From NCBI GenBank assembly GCA_963784705.1, contig CAWASC010000008.1:292334-356333 (forward strand): 64,000 nt of DNA, in the 5' to 3' direction. The stretch is from an uncultured Actinomycetota bacterium (GTDB taxonomy: Bacteria > Actinomycetota > Actinomycetes > Mycobacteriales > SCTD01). Below the pieces are notes generated by a model that saw nothing but the letters and a program-made list of their open reading frames with translations, ran no database searches and was not told where the DNA came from. Position numbers and translations under genes: made by a program. Shown piece after piece: positions 9,386-18,295 of the stretch. Position 1 is the first letter of the stretch; each line of letters starts with the position of its first letter.

Positions 9386-10912
9386 TCATCGCGAGCGACG
9401 GGGCGCGGGCGGCTGGCCGGCGCGGGCGGCCAGCTCGGCGCGGGTGCGCGCCGGACCTTGCGGCGCCCCTGCGCGGCGGGGGTTACGGGCCTTCGCGGGG
9501 GCGGCACCGGAGCCGGACGCCGCTGCGGTGCGCGTGGCCTCCCGTGCTTCAGGGGTCGAGGCCTCGTGCTGCTTGGGTGCGCGCGCGCCACCTCGGGGTG
9601 CTCCGCTGCTCCCACCTGCGCGGGGCGAGCCGGCACCGCCGCGACTGCCTCCACGGCCCTGGCCTCCATTCTGACCACCGCCGCGCCCTCCGCCCTGGCC
9701 GCGGGGCGCCCGGGCGGGCTGCTCGACGACCGGCGCCGGCTCGACGTGCGGCGCGGCAGGTCCCGCGAGCTCGGCGATGATCGGAGCACCTGGCCGGACC
9801 GGCCGGGTGTCGGGGTTGATGCCCGCCTGCTTGGTCATCAGGCGGACGTCCTTGTGCTGCTCGGGGGTCGCGAGCGTCACGACGATGCCGCCGGCACCGG
9901 CTCTCGCCGTACGCCCGGAGCGGTGCAGGTAGGCCTTGTGCTCGGTCGGCGGGTCGACGTGGATGACCAGCGCGACGTCGTCGACGTGGATGCCGCGAGC
10001 CGCGATGTCGGTGCAGACGAGCACCCGCGTCGAGCCGTCCATGAACGCGCCGAGGTTGCGCTCGCGCGCCCCCTGGGACAGGTTGCCGTGCAGCTCCACC
10101 GCGGGGATGCCCGAGGCGGTGAGCTGCTTGGCCAGCTTCTTCGCGGTGTGCTTGGTGCGCATGAACAGCACCGAGCGGTCGAGTCCCCCGGCGAGCCCGC
10201 GGACGACGTCCATCTTGTCGGCGGCACTGACCTGGAACACGTAGTGCGTCATGGTGCTGACGGGGGCGACCGCCGGGTCGACCGAGTGGGTCGTCGGCTC
10301 GTGCAGGTAGCGCTTCACCAGGACGTCGACGCCGTTGTCGAGCGTGGCGGAGAAGAGCATCCGCTGGCCCTTCTTGGGCGTCTTGTCGAGCAGCCGCTTG
10401 ACCGCGGGGAGGAAGCCGAGGTCGGCCATGTGGTCGGCCTCGTCGAGGATGGTGATCTCGACGGCGGACAGGTCGGCGAAGCCCTGGTTGATGAGGTCCT
10501 CGAGCCGGCCCGGGCAGGCGATGAGCACGTCCACGCCGGGCGCGAGCGCCTTGACCTGGGGGTTCTGGCCGACCCCGCCGAACACGACAGCCGTCGTCAG
10601 GTGGAGGCGTTCGGCGAGCGGCTTGACGACGGCGAGCACCTGGTTGGCGAGCTCACGGGTCGGGACGAGCACGAGGCTGCGGGCCTTGCGCGGCTGCCGG
10701 GCGCCACCGGCCAGGTTGGCCACGAGCGGCAGGCTGAAGGCGAGCGTCTTGCCGCTCCCCGTGCGGCCTCGGCCGAGCACGTCCTTGCCGGCGAGGGTGT
10801 CCGGCAGCGTCGCGGACTGGATGGGGAACGGCGCCGTGAGCCCCTGCAGGTCGAGCTCGGCGCAGAGCAGGGGCGGCACGCCGTACGACGCGAAGGTGCG
10901 GGAGGTGGTCAC
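9386..10912 (-). CDS. DEAD-box RNA helicase with C-terminal Arg/Gly-rich tail
   Basis: ORF 9386..11041. Q-motif FPIQ, GRTGSGKT, DEADHM, SAT, HRSGRTARAG. C-terminus is GGGRGGGQNGGQGRGGSRGG-rich. Start placed at in-frame GTG 10912-10910 (VTTSRTFASYGV); this start is moderately uncertain. Confidence 0.88.
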   Translation of the reverse strand: MTTSRTFASYGVPPLLCAELDLQGLTAPFPIQSATLPDTLAGKDVLGRGRTGSGKTLAFSLPLVANLAGGARQPRKARSLVLVPTRELANQVLAVVKPLAERLHLTTAVVFGGVGQNPQVKALAPGVDVLIACPGRLEDLINQGFADLSAVEITILDEADHMADLGFLPAVKRLLDKTPKKGQRMLFSATLDNGVDVLVKRYLHEPTTHSVDPAVAPVSTMTHYVFQVSAADKMDVVRGLAGGLDRSVLFMRTKHTAKKLAKQLTASGIPAVELHGNLSQGARERNLGAFMDGSTRVLVCTDIAARGIHVDDVALVIHVDPPTEHKAYLHRSGRTARAGAGGIVVTLATPEQHKDVRLMTKQAGINPDTRPVRPGAPIIAELAGPAAPHVEPAPVVEQPARAPRGQGGGRGGGQNGGQGRGGSRGGAGSPRAGGSSGAPRGGARAPKQHEASTPEAREATRTAAASGSGAAPAKARNPRRAGAPQGPARTRAELAARAGQPPAPRRSR

Positions 10913-10945
10913 GTCCCATTGTCGCAGGTGGGGCAGGCTGATCGG

Positions 10946-11662
10946 ATGGCTGAGCGGATCGAGTGGATGGACGATCGGACGGCACCGGATCGCCGTGCCC
11001 CTGTGCCCGTCCCGCTGGAGGGCTTCCACGCGGTCAAGCACGCCCTCCGCTTCGCGCCCGGCCTGGTGGTCGAGGTGGCGGTGCGCTCGCTCGACGACGC
11101 CTCAGCGCTCTGCGCCGCCCTCGCCCCGGACGTCGCGGACGCGTTGCTGGCACGGGCCCACGTCGAGGAGGTCGACCATCCCACCGGCGTGCGCGGGACG
11201 GCGCACCGGCCCGCGGTGAAGGGGGCGGTGCTGGTCAGCCGACGCGCACCGCTGGTCCTGCTCGACGACCCGCGGCACCCCGGCAACGCCGGCGCCGTCG
11301 TGCGGGTCGCCGCGGCCGCGGGCGCCTCCGGGGTCGCGGTCCTGGGCGCGCTCGACCCGTGGCACCCTGCCGTCGTGCGGGGCGCCGCGGGACTGCACTT
11401 CGCCCTCCCCGTGCTGACGACGGCACTGGAGCAGGTGACCGGCCCGGTCTTCGCCCTCGACGGCGACGGAGAGCCCTTCGCCGGGCTGCCCGACGACGCC
11501 GTGCTCGCCGTGGGGTCCGAGCGCCAGGGCTTGAGCGCTCACGTCCGGGCGCGCGCCGACCACGTCGTCGCCCTCCCGATGCGCGAGGGCGTGTCGTCGC
11601 TGAACCTGGCCACCGCCGTGAGCGCCGCGCTGTACGCGTGGCGTCTCAGCCCACCGGGCTGA
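10946..11662 (+). CDS. TrmH/SpoU family RNA 2'-O-methyltransferase
   Basis: C-terminal part of ORF 9458..11662 from ATG 10946 (MAERIEWMDD). Motifs LLDDPRHPGNAGAVVR, AVGSERQGLS and GVSSLNLATAVSAALYAW are typical of the SpoU methylase knot. Confidence 0.85.
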   Translation: MAERIEWMDDRTAPDRRAPVPVPLEGFHAVKHALRFAPGLVVEVAVRSLDDASALCAALAPDVADALLARAHVEEVDHPTGVRGTAHRPAVKGAVLVSRRAPLVLLDDPRHPGNAGAVVRVAAAAGASGVAVLGALDPWHPAVVRGAAGLHFALPVLTTALEQVTGPVFALDGDGEPFAGLPDDAVLAVGSERQGLSAHVRARADHVVALPMREGVSSLNLATAVSAALYAWRLSPPG

Positions 11663-11672
11663 CCCCGACGGG

Positions 11673-12737
11673 TCAGCCCGCCGCCGGCAGGTCCCGCTCC
11701 TGGAGGACGGCGGCCGCCACCTCGGTGAGGCGCCGAATCTCGGTCGGAGAGACCTGCTGGTCCAGGAGCGCCAGCAGCAGCCCGGCCAGCGCGTAGTCGG
11801 GGTCGCAGGCCACGGCGCGTTCGAGCGCGATCGTCACGGCAGCACCCGCACCCTGGCAGTAGGTGACCCAGCCGTAGAGCGTGCACACGGGGGCAGCCCA
11901 GGCATCCGGCGCCCGCCGGCAGAGCGCTGCGAGCAACGAGCAGAGAACGGACGCGTCGTCGGGCTCGACGGCAGCCAGCAGGTCGCGCACCGTGGTGTCG
12001 GTGAGGCTCACCACCAGGTCGGCGGCGTCCTGTCTCGACAGCGCTGCGTCTCCCTCCGACCAGGCCCGCAACGCGCCGTCCCAGCGCAGGAGCGCGGCCT
12101 GGCGCGCCGGCTCGACACCGAGATCGGCGACGACCTGCGCGAGCGCCTCCGCCGCGTCGGTGTAGGCCCGCACGTCCGCGGCCTCGTTCGCCTCAGCGTC
12201 CACGACGTAGGCCGGACCCTGCAGGCTGGCTGCCAGGGCTGCTCGACTGGGCAGCAGCCCCCGCCCCTCGAGCACCCGCTCGGCCGCGAGCAGGCCGAGA
12301 CCGTCGGACTCCTCCGTGGGATCGATGAGCGTGCCCTGCTCGGGACAGCAGACCGGGTCGTCGCACAGGTAGGACCAGAACCGGCCGCCGCGCACCAGGA
12401 GGGCGTCCACGACGGGGCAGGGACTCCGGTGCGCCAGAGCGGCCACCAGCGACGACCGGACGAGCTCCCCTCGGTCCGGCTGCTCGGTGTAGACGATCAC
12501 GAGCACGCGGGTGGCGCGGTCGGCACGGATGCGCCACTCGAGGTCGGCGATCAGCGCGTCTTCCTGACCCGGCGACGGGAGGTCGATGCGGAGGGTCAGG
12601 CCGAGACGACCCCGTGGCTCGTGGAGGCAGGCGAGCACCAGGGACTCACTGGGTGTGAAGCCAAGAGTCATCGGGATCGCGGCGACGATCTCGGAGGGAC
12701 GGGACAGGCGGGCAACGGGTGGGGTGGGTGTGGTCAT
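11673..12737 (-). CDS. DUF4192 family protein
   Basis: ORF 11673..12737. The N-terminus LSRPSEIVAAIPMTLGFTPSESLVLACL matches my recollection of the actinobacterial DUF4192 signature. No catalytic motifs seen. Confidence 0.7.
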   Translation of the reverse strand: MTTPTPPVARLSRPSEIVAAIPMTLGFTPSESLVLACLHEPRGRLGLTLRIDLPSPGQEDALIADLEWRIRADRATRVLVIVYTEQPDRGELVRSSLVAALAHRSPCPVVDALLVRGGRFWSYLCDDPVCCPEQGTLIDPTEESDGLGLLAAERVLEGRGLLPSRAALAASLQGPAYVVDAEANEAADVRAYTDAAEALAQVVADLGVEPARQAALLRWDGALRAWSEGDAALSRQDAADLVVSLTDTTVRDLLAAVEPDDASVLCSLLAALCRRAPDAWAAPVCTLYGWVTYCQGAGAAVTIALERAVACDPDYALAGLLLALLDQQVSPTEIRRLTEVAAAVLQERDLPAAG

Positions 12738-12827
12738 GACCGCAGCGTCGGAGCCGGCGGCCCCTCAGCGCGTCGACCGGCACGCTCCTGTGGAGAAGCC
12801 CAGGGGCTGTGGACGACGGCCTACGCG

Positions 12828-14120
12828 TCAGGCGAAGTAGAAGTAGCGCAGCCAGACGTAGGGCCACGCGATCGCGATCGTCGCGGCCGCCGTGACCAGC
12901 CCGTACTTGGTGAACTGCCAGAAGGAGATGGGGTGACCGTTGCGGGCCGCGATCCCGATGATGACGACGTTGGCACTGGCACCGACCGCCGTGGCGTTAC
13001 CGCCGAGATCGGCGCCCAGGGCCAACGACCACCACAGGGCGTTCCCCTGCTCCGGGCTCGGTGCGGCCACGACCAGGTCCTGGACGAGCGGGCTCATCGT
13101 CGCGACGTACGGGATGTTGTCGACGATGCCGGAGAGCACCGCCGAGCCCCAGAGAAGGGCTGTCGAGGCGACGAAGTAGTGCCCGTCGACAGCCTCGGTC
13201 GCCTTCTTGCCGAGCTCCTCGATGATGCCGACCTCGACCAGCGCCCCGACCATGACGAACAGGCCCATGAAGAACACCAGCGTGGCCCACTCGACCTCCT
13301 CGAGGAACTGCGGCGGCTCGAGCTTGGAGAGGGCGACGAGGGCGCCCGCTCCGAGCAGTGCGACCAGCGAGGGCTCGACGTGCAGAGCGGAGTGGCTGAC
13401 GAAGCCCACCATGACCGCGAGCAGGACCACGCCCGACTTCACGAGCAGCGGGCGGTCGCGGATGACCTCCCGCTCGTCGAGCGCCATGAGCTCGGCCACG
13501 CGGTCGGGGTCGTAGTCCAGCGCGTGGCGGAACATGATGCGGGCCAGTCCGACGAACACCACCATCAGCACCACGATGATCGGGCCCATGTTGAGCACGA
13601 AGTCGTTGAAGGACAAGCCCGATCGCGTCGAGATGATGATGTTGGGCGGGTCGCCGATGAGGGTCGCCGCGCCGCCGATGTTGGACGCGAGCGCCTCGGC
13701 GATGAGGAACGGCACCGGTTTGAGGCCCAGCCGCTCACAGACCAGCAGCGTGACGGGCGCGATGAGCAGCACCGTCGTGACGTTGTCCAGCAGCGCGGAT
13801 GCCACCGCGGTGATGACCACGAGCATGACCAGCACGGCGAACGGCTTGCCCTTCGCCTTCTTCGCCGACCAGATCGCGAGGTAGTCGAAGACCCCCGTCT
13901 GCTTCAGCACGCTGATGATGACCATCATCCCGAGCAGCAGGAAGATGACGTTCCAGTCGACGCCGGTCTCCTCGCTGAAGAAGGCGACCTTCGCGTCGAC
14001 CACCCCGAGCAGCACCATGGCCGCAGCCCCACCGAGAGCCGCGGCGACCCGGTGGATGCGCTCGGTGGCGATGAGGACGTACGCGCCGACGAACGCGGCG
14101 ACGACGAGGACTTCCGTCAT
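12828..14120 (-). CDS. ArsB/NhaD (SLC13-like) family permease
   Basis: ORF 12828..14120. ~12 TM segments. DNVTTVLLIAPVT and GGNATAVGASANVV motifs typical of arsenical-pump / YbiR-type anion permeases. Confidence 0.85.
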   Translation of the reverse strand: MTEVLVVAAFVGAYVLIATERIHRVAAALGGAAAMVLLGVVDAKVAFFSEETGVDWNVIFLLLGMMVIISVLKQTGVFDYLAIWSAKKAKGKPFAVLVMLVVITAVASALLDNVTTVLLIAPVTLLVCERLGLKPVPFLIAEALASNIGGAATLIGDPPNIIISTRSGLSFNDFVLNMGPIIVVLMVVFVGLARIMFRHALDYDPDRVAELMALDEREVIRDRPLLVKSGVVLLAVMVGFVSHSALHVEPSLVALLGAGALVALSKLEPPQFLEEVEWATLVFFMGLFVMVGALVEVGIIEELGKKATEAVDGHYFVASTALLWGSAVLSGIVDNIPYVATMSPLVQDLVVAAPSPEQGNALWWSLALGADLGGNATAVGASANVVIIGIAARNGHPISFWQFTKYGLVTAAATIAIAWPYVWLRYFYFA

Positions 14121-14572
14121 GCCGAGTCACCGACCAGGCGACGCAGCAGGCTGCTCATCGTGATCGCCCCCAGCAGCTCGCCGTCACGCACGACGGCGAC
14201 CAGCGGGCTGTGCGCGCGAGCCATCACGGCGGCGATCTCGAGCACGGTCGCGTCCCCGTCCACGACGGGCAGCTCGGTCCGGCCGCCCGAGCGCGGGAGC
14301 AGCGCCTTGACAGGGACGTGCGTGAGCTTGCCGACCATCTCGTCGGCCGCCTTCTCCGACAGGGCCCGCGCCAGCGCCGGGTCCTCCTGGATGTACTCCG
14401 GGAGCAGGAACCGCAGCACCTGCGACCCCGGGAGGACGGCGCAGGGGTGGTCGTCCGCGTCGAGCACGATGAGACCGGGTCGGCTCTGCGACGCCATCTG
14501 CTGCGCTGCGGCGCGGCTGTCGTCCTCGAGTCCGACGACAGGGAAGGGCTCGGCAAGGTCCTGGGCGCGCAT
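14117..14572 (-). CDS. CBS domain pair protein
   Basis: ORF 14117..14572. Two CBS-like units (GLIVLDADDHPCAVL; LVAVVRDGELLGAITMSSLL). ATGA overlap with the downstream permease suggests an operon. Confidence 0.8.
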   Translation of the reverse strand: MRAQDLAEPFPVVGLEDDSRAAAQQMASQSRPGLIVLDADDHPCAVLPGSQVLRFLLPEYIQEDPALARALSEKAADEMVGKLTHVPVKALLPRSGGRTELPVVDGDATVLEIAAVMARAHSPLVAVVRDGELLGAITMSSLLRRLVGDSA

Positions 14573-14649
14573 GGGGCTCCGTCCGGAGGAGAATCAGGGC
14601 AGGATCAGCACAACTGCCGACCAGACTTCCCGGCGCACCGGAGACCACC

Positions 14650-15927
14650 CTAGGCGGTCGCGTCGCTGTCCCGCTCTGCCAGCAGGTCGTACGCCTTGGT
14701 CCGCAGGCGCAGGAGGACGGCCGCGAGCAGCGCCGCGAGCACCGATCCGACGAGCACGGACACCTTGACGACGTCGACGCGCGGCTCCCCCTCGAAGGCG
14801 AGTTCGCCGATGAGGAGCGACACCGTGAAGCCGACCCCGGACAGCACAGACAGCGCCACCACGTCGGCCCAGACCAGGTCGTCGTCCAACGACGCGTGCG
14901 TGAAGCGCGACACCAGCCAGGTGGCACCGAGGACGCCCAGCGACTTGCCGACGACCAGCCCGAGCACCACACCGACCGCGACCGTGTCGGTCAGGCTGTC
15001 CCGCAGGCCACCCACCCCCCCGACCGCGACTCCGGCGGAGAAGAAGGCGAAGACGGGTACGGCGACTCCCGCCGACAGGGGTCTCAGCAGGTGCTCCAGG
15101 TGCTCGGCCAGCCCGACCCCCTCCTCGTGCGCCGGGGTGTCCTCGCCATCGTCACCCTGGTGCGGCACGGGGACGACCAGGGCGAGCAGCACCCCCGCCA
15201 CCGTCGCGTGCACTCCCGACTCGTGCACCAGCACCCAGCACAGCAGCGCCAGCGGTACGACGAGCACCGGTGTGGTGATACGGCGCTGCACCAGCAAGGC
15301 GAACACCGCGAGCACGAGCAGAGCGCCGGCGAGCGGCAGCAGGTGCAGGTCGTCGCTGTAGAACAGCGCGATGATGGTGATGGCGATCAGGTCGTCGACC
15401 ACGGCCAGGGTCAGCAGGAAGGTGCGCAGCGCCGCGGGCAGGCGCGAGCCGACCACCGCGAGGACAGCCAGGGCGAAGGCGATGTCCGTCGCCGTCGGGA
15501 CGGCCCACCCCGACAGGTCACCGTCACCGCGCAGGTTCACGACGGCGTAGAGGCCAGCGGGGAGCAGCACCCCGCCGACCGCCGCGGCGACTGGTACCGC
15601 TGCCCGTCGGGGGTCCCGCAGGTCCCCGCTGACGAACTCCCGCTTGAGCTCGAGACCGGCGACGAAGAAGAAGATCGCCAGCAGGCCGTCGGCCGCCCAG
15701 ACGCCGAGGCTCAGGTCGAGGTGCAGCGCCGAGGGACCGATCGTGGCGTCGCGCAGGTCGAGGTAGGACTGGCCCACCGGCGAGTTCGCCCAGACGAGCG
15801 CCAGCACCGCGGCCCCGAGCAGCAGCGCTCCGCCGTACGTCTCGGTGCGCAGGATCTCGGCGATCCGGGCTGCCTCGGGAAGGGAGGCCCGGGAGAGCAA
15901 CCGCGGTCGGGAGGGCTCGGGCTGCAT
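14650..15927 (-). CDS. nhaA: Na+/H+ antiporter NhaA
   Basis: ORF 14650..15927. WANSP...[26 protein letters not shown] and [11 protein letters not shown] motifs characteristic of NhaA. Confidence 0.9.
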   Translation of the reverse strand: MQPEPSRPRLLSRASLPEAARIAEILRTETYGGALLLGAAVLALVWANSPVGQSYLDLRDATIGPSALHLDLSLGVWAADGLLAIFFFVAGLELKREFVSGDLRDPRRAAVPVAAAVGGVLLPAGLYAVVNLRGDGDLSGWAVPTATDIAFALAVLAVVGSRLPAALRTFLLTLAVVDDLIAITIIALFYSDDLHLLPLAGALLVLAVFALLVQRRITTPVLVVPLALLCWVLVHESGVHATVAGVLLALVVPVPHQGDDGEDTPAHEEGVGLAEHLEHLLRPLSAGVAVPVFAFFSAGVAVGGVGGLRDSLTDTVAVGVVLGLVVGKSLGVLGATWLVSRFTHASLDDDLVWADVVALSVLSGVGFTVSLLIGELAFEGEPRVDVVKVSVLVGSVLAALLAAVLLRLRTKAYDLLAERDSDATA

Positions 15928-15971
15928 GACGCCACGCTAACCCCCCGGTGGACCAGGCCTAGTCTGCACGC

Positions 15972-16352
15972 GTGCCCCGCCTGACCGTGCCCGTACAGCT
16001 GCGCTTCGCCGACCTCGACCCGCTCAACCATGTGAACAACGTGGCCTACTTCGCCCTCATGGAGACGGCGCGCGTAGAGCTGCTGCGGACGACCGCGAAG
16101 CTCCTGATGGGTCAGATCGTCATCGCGCACAGCGAGTGCGACTACCGCACCGAGATCCGCGGTGGCGTGCGGAGCGTGGACGTGACCGTCAGTGTCGAGC
16201 GCGTGGGCACGAGCTCGTTCACAGTGCTCCACGAGATCCGCGCGGGCGAGGTCCTGTCCGCCGTCGGACGCACCGTCATGGTCGCGCGCGGATCGGAGGG
16301 TGGCTCTCGGGCGCTGACGGTGGCCGAGCGCGCCGTTCTCCTGAGCGATTGA
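15972..16352 (+). CDS. Hotdog-fold acyl-CoA thioesterase (4HBT/YbgC type)
   Basis: ORF 15972..16352. LRFADLDPLNHVNNVAYFALMETARVELL is the typical 4HBT N-terminal catalytic segment. Confidence 0.8.
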   Translation: MPRLTVPVQLRFADLDPLNHVNNVAYFALMETARVELLRTTAKLLMGQIVIAHSECDYRTEIRGGVRSVDVTVSVERVGTSSFTVLHEIRAGEVLSAVGRTVMVARGSEGGSRALTVAERAVLLSD

Positions 16353-16458
16353 GCCGGAAGCGCCCCGATTGTCCGACGGCGGGCAGGCCGTCCCGGTTGT
16401 TGCGACCGCACACCGCTGAAGGCGCACGAGACGGCGTCCCGGACGGCAAGATGCTGTC

Positions 16459-17943
16459 GTGACCATGGAGCAGCTCAAGGCGCTGGCTGGGGCGATGACA
16501 AGCAGCCCGGAGGAGTCCCTGCGCCGTCTGCTGATCCTGGCCTGCGAGCAGTTGTCCATGGACCTGGCGTTCGTCGGTCAGCTCGACGGCGACAGCCATC
16601 GCGTCGTACGCCAGGCGGTGACGCGCCACGGGAGCGTCGTGGCGGAGGCGGTCGGCCTGCGCGAGGCCCTCGTCGACTCCTGGTGCGGACGCGTGCTCGA
16701 CGGCGACGGCCTGCTCATCGGGGAGGTGTCGGGACGGGACGACCTGCTCCGCCTCCCGACCACGTCCGCGTTCGACATCCAGTCGTACGCCGGCGTCACC
16801 CTGCAGGACGAGGCCGGTCGGCCGGTCGGAACCCTCTGCGCGCTCGGTCACCAGCCGCACGACAGCCTGAACCCGCGCGACCTCGCCACCCTGCGCGCGA
16901 TCGGGGAGGTCCTGGTTCCCCTGCTGCGCGAGCTGGACAAGCCGCACCTGCCGCTGCCGCGCGACCGTCCCAGCGCGGCCCTTCCCATCGCCACGGTCGC
17001 CAGCACCGTGAGCGACTCCACCGACGTGGAGACGCTCAGCCGTCCGCTGCTCGACCTGCTGCACGACCTCACCGGCCTTGCGTCGACCTACCTGACGGTC
17101 ATCGACGAGGAGCGGGGGATGCAGGAGATCCGCTTCTCCCACAACACCCTCGAGGGGTTCGCGCTGCCGGAGGGGCTGCACGTGCCCTGGGACGACACCC
17201 TGTGCAAGCGGTCCCTGGAGGAGGGGCGACCCTGCACCCTCGACGTCCCCGCGGTGTGGGGAGACTCCGACGCCGCCGCGGCTCTGGGGATCCAGGTGTA
17301 CGTCTCGGTGCCGATCGCCCTGTCGGACGGTCGCGTCTGGGGGACCCTCTGCGCGGCCGACTCCCGCACCGCGGAAGGGGTCGAGGAGCACCTGGACACC
17401 CTGCGGTTGTTCGCCCGGCTGGTCTCGGCGCAGGTCGAGCGCGACTCAGCGGTCGAGCGTGCCCAGCTTCAGGCACTACTGGCGCGCAGCGAGGCGGACA
17501 CCGATGCCCTGACCGGCTGCGCCAGTAGGCGGGTCGTCGAGCCGTGGCTGGCCACCAACCTCGGCGACCTCGAGCCCGAGGAGACGGTGCTCGTCGCCTT
17601 CGTCGACCTCGACCGCTTCAAGGGCGTCAACGACGAGCACGGCCACGCTGCCGGCGACCTGGTCCTGACTGCCGTCGCCCACCACCTTCGAGCGGCGGCG
17701 CGACCTGGGGACCTTGTGGCGCGATGGGGCGGGGACGAGTTCGTCGTGGCTGCGCGCCTCCCACGCCGGGCTGCGTCGGACGTGGCCCTCCGCCTGCGTG
17801 CCGACCGTCAGGTGCGGGTGGAGGCCCTCGGCCTCGACATCACCCTGTCCATCGGCACAGCTCTGTCCGAGAGCCACCTGGCGCACGAGCTCCTCGGCGC
17901 CGCCGACCGCGCGATGTACGCCGTCAAACGCGCCCGCGCTTGA
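16459..17943 (+). CDS. GAF-GAF-GGDEF diguanylate cyclase
   Basis: ORF 16459..17943. Two GAF-like regions, then DALTGCASRR...DLDRFKGVNDEHGHAAGD...ARWGGDEFVV. An RxxD I-site (RPGD) sits at the canonical spacing before GGDEF. Confidence 0.85.
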   Translation: MTMEQLKALAGAMTSSPEESLRRLLILACEQLSMDLAFVGQLDGDSHRVVRQAVTRHGSVVAEAVGLREALVDSWCGRVLDGDGLLIGEVSGRDDLLRLPTTSAFDIQSYAGVTLQDEAGRPVGTLCALGHQPHDSLNPRDLATLRAIGEVLVPLLRELDKPHLPLPRDRPSAALPIATVASTVSDSTDVETLSRPLLDLLHDLTGLASTYLTVIDEERGMQEIRFSHNTLEGFALPEGLHVPWDDTLCKRSLEEGRPCTLDVPAVWGDSDAAAALGIQVYVSVPIALSDGRVWGTLCAADSRTAEGVEEHLDTLRLFARLVSAQVERDSAVERAQLQALLARSEADTDALTGCASRRVVEPWLATNLGDLEPEETVLVAFVDLDRFKGVNDEHGHAAGDLVLTAVAHHLRAAARPGDLVARWGGDEFVVAARLPRRAASDVALRLRADRQVRVEALGLDITLSIGTALSESHLAHELLGAADRAMYAVKRARA

Positions 17944-18045
17944 GCCGCGGTCAGGCGCGGATCCGTCGAGCGCGAACGGCCCGTCGCTGGCGTCGCTGAC
18001 GTGGTGCGGGTTTTGGTGTCGTGGGCGTCCCTGGACGCGGCGTCC

Positions 18046-18220
18046 TGGGGCTGGGGTGCCGGGGTGCCGGGGTGCCGGGGTGCCGGGGTGCCGGGGTGCC
18101 GAGGTGCCGGGATGCCGGGATGCCGGGATGCCGGGATGCCGGGATGCCGGGATGCCGGGATGCCGGGATGCCGGGGTGCCGGGGTGCCGGGGTGCCGGGG
18201 TGCTGGGGTGCTGGGGTGCT
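18046..18220. repeat. Octanucleotide tandem array, 21 units (GGGGTGCC / GGGATGCC / GGGGTGCT)
   Basis: Read directly: (GGGGTGCC)x6, GAGGTGCC, (GGGATGCC)x8, (GGGGTGCC)x3, (GGGGTGCT)x3, with degenerate flanks. It lies between the convergent stops at 17943 and 18296. Confidence 0.95.
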
Positions 18221-18295
18221 GGCGTCGTGACGCACGAGCGTCCGCAGCACCAGCCCGTCGCTGTCCCCAGCTGGACGCCCGCCGCGCCACCGTGG

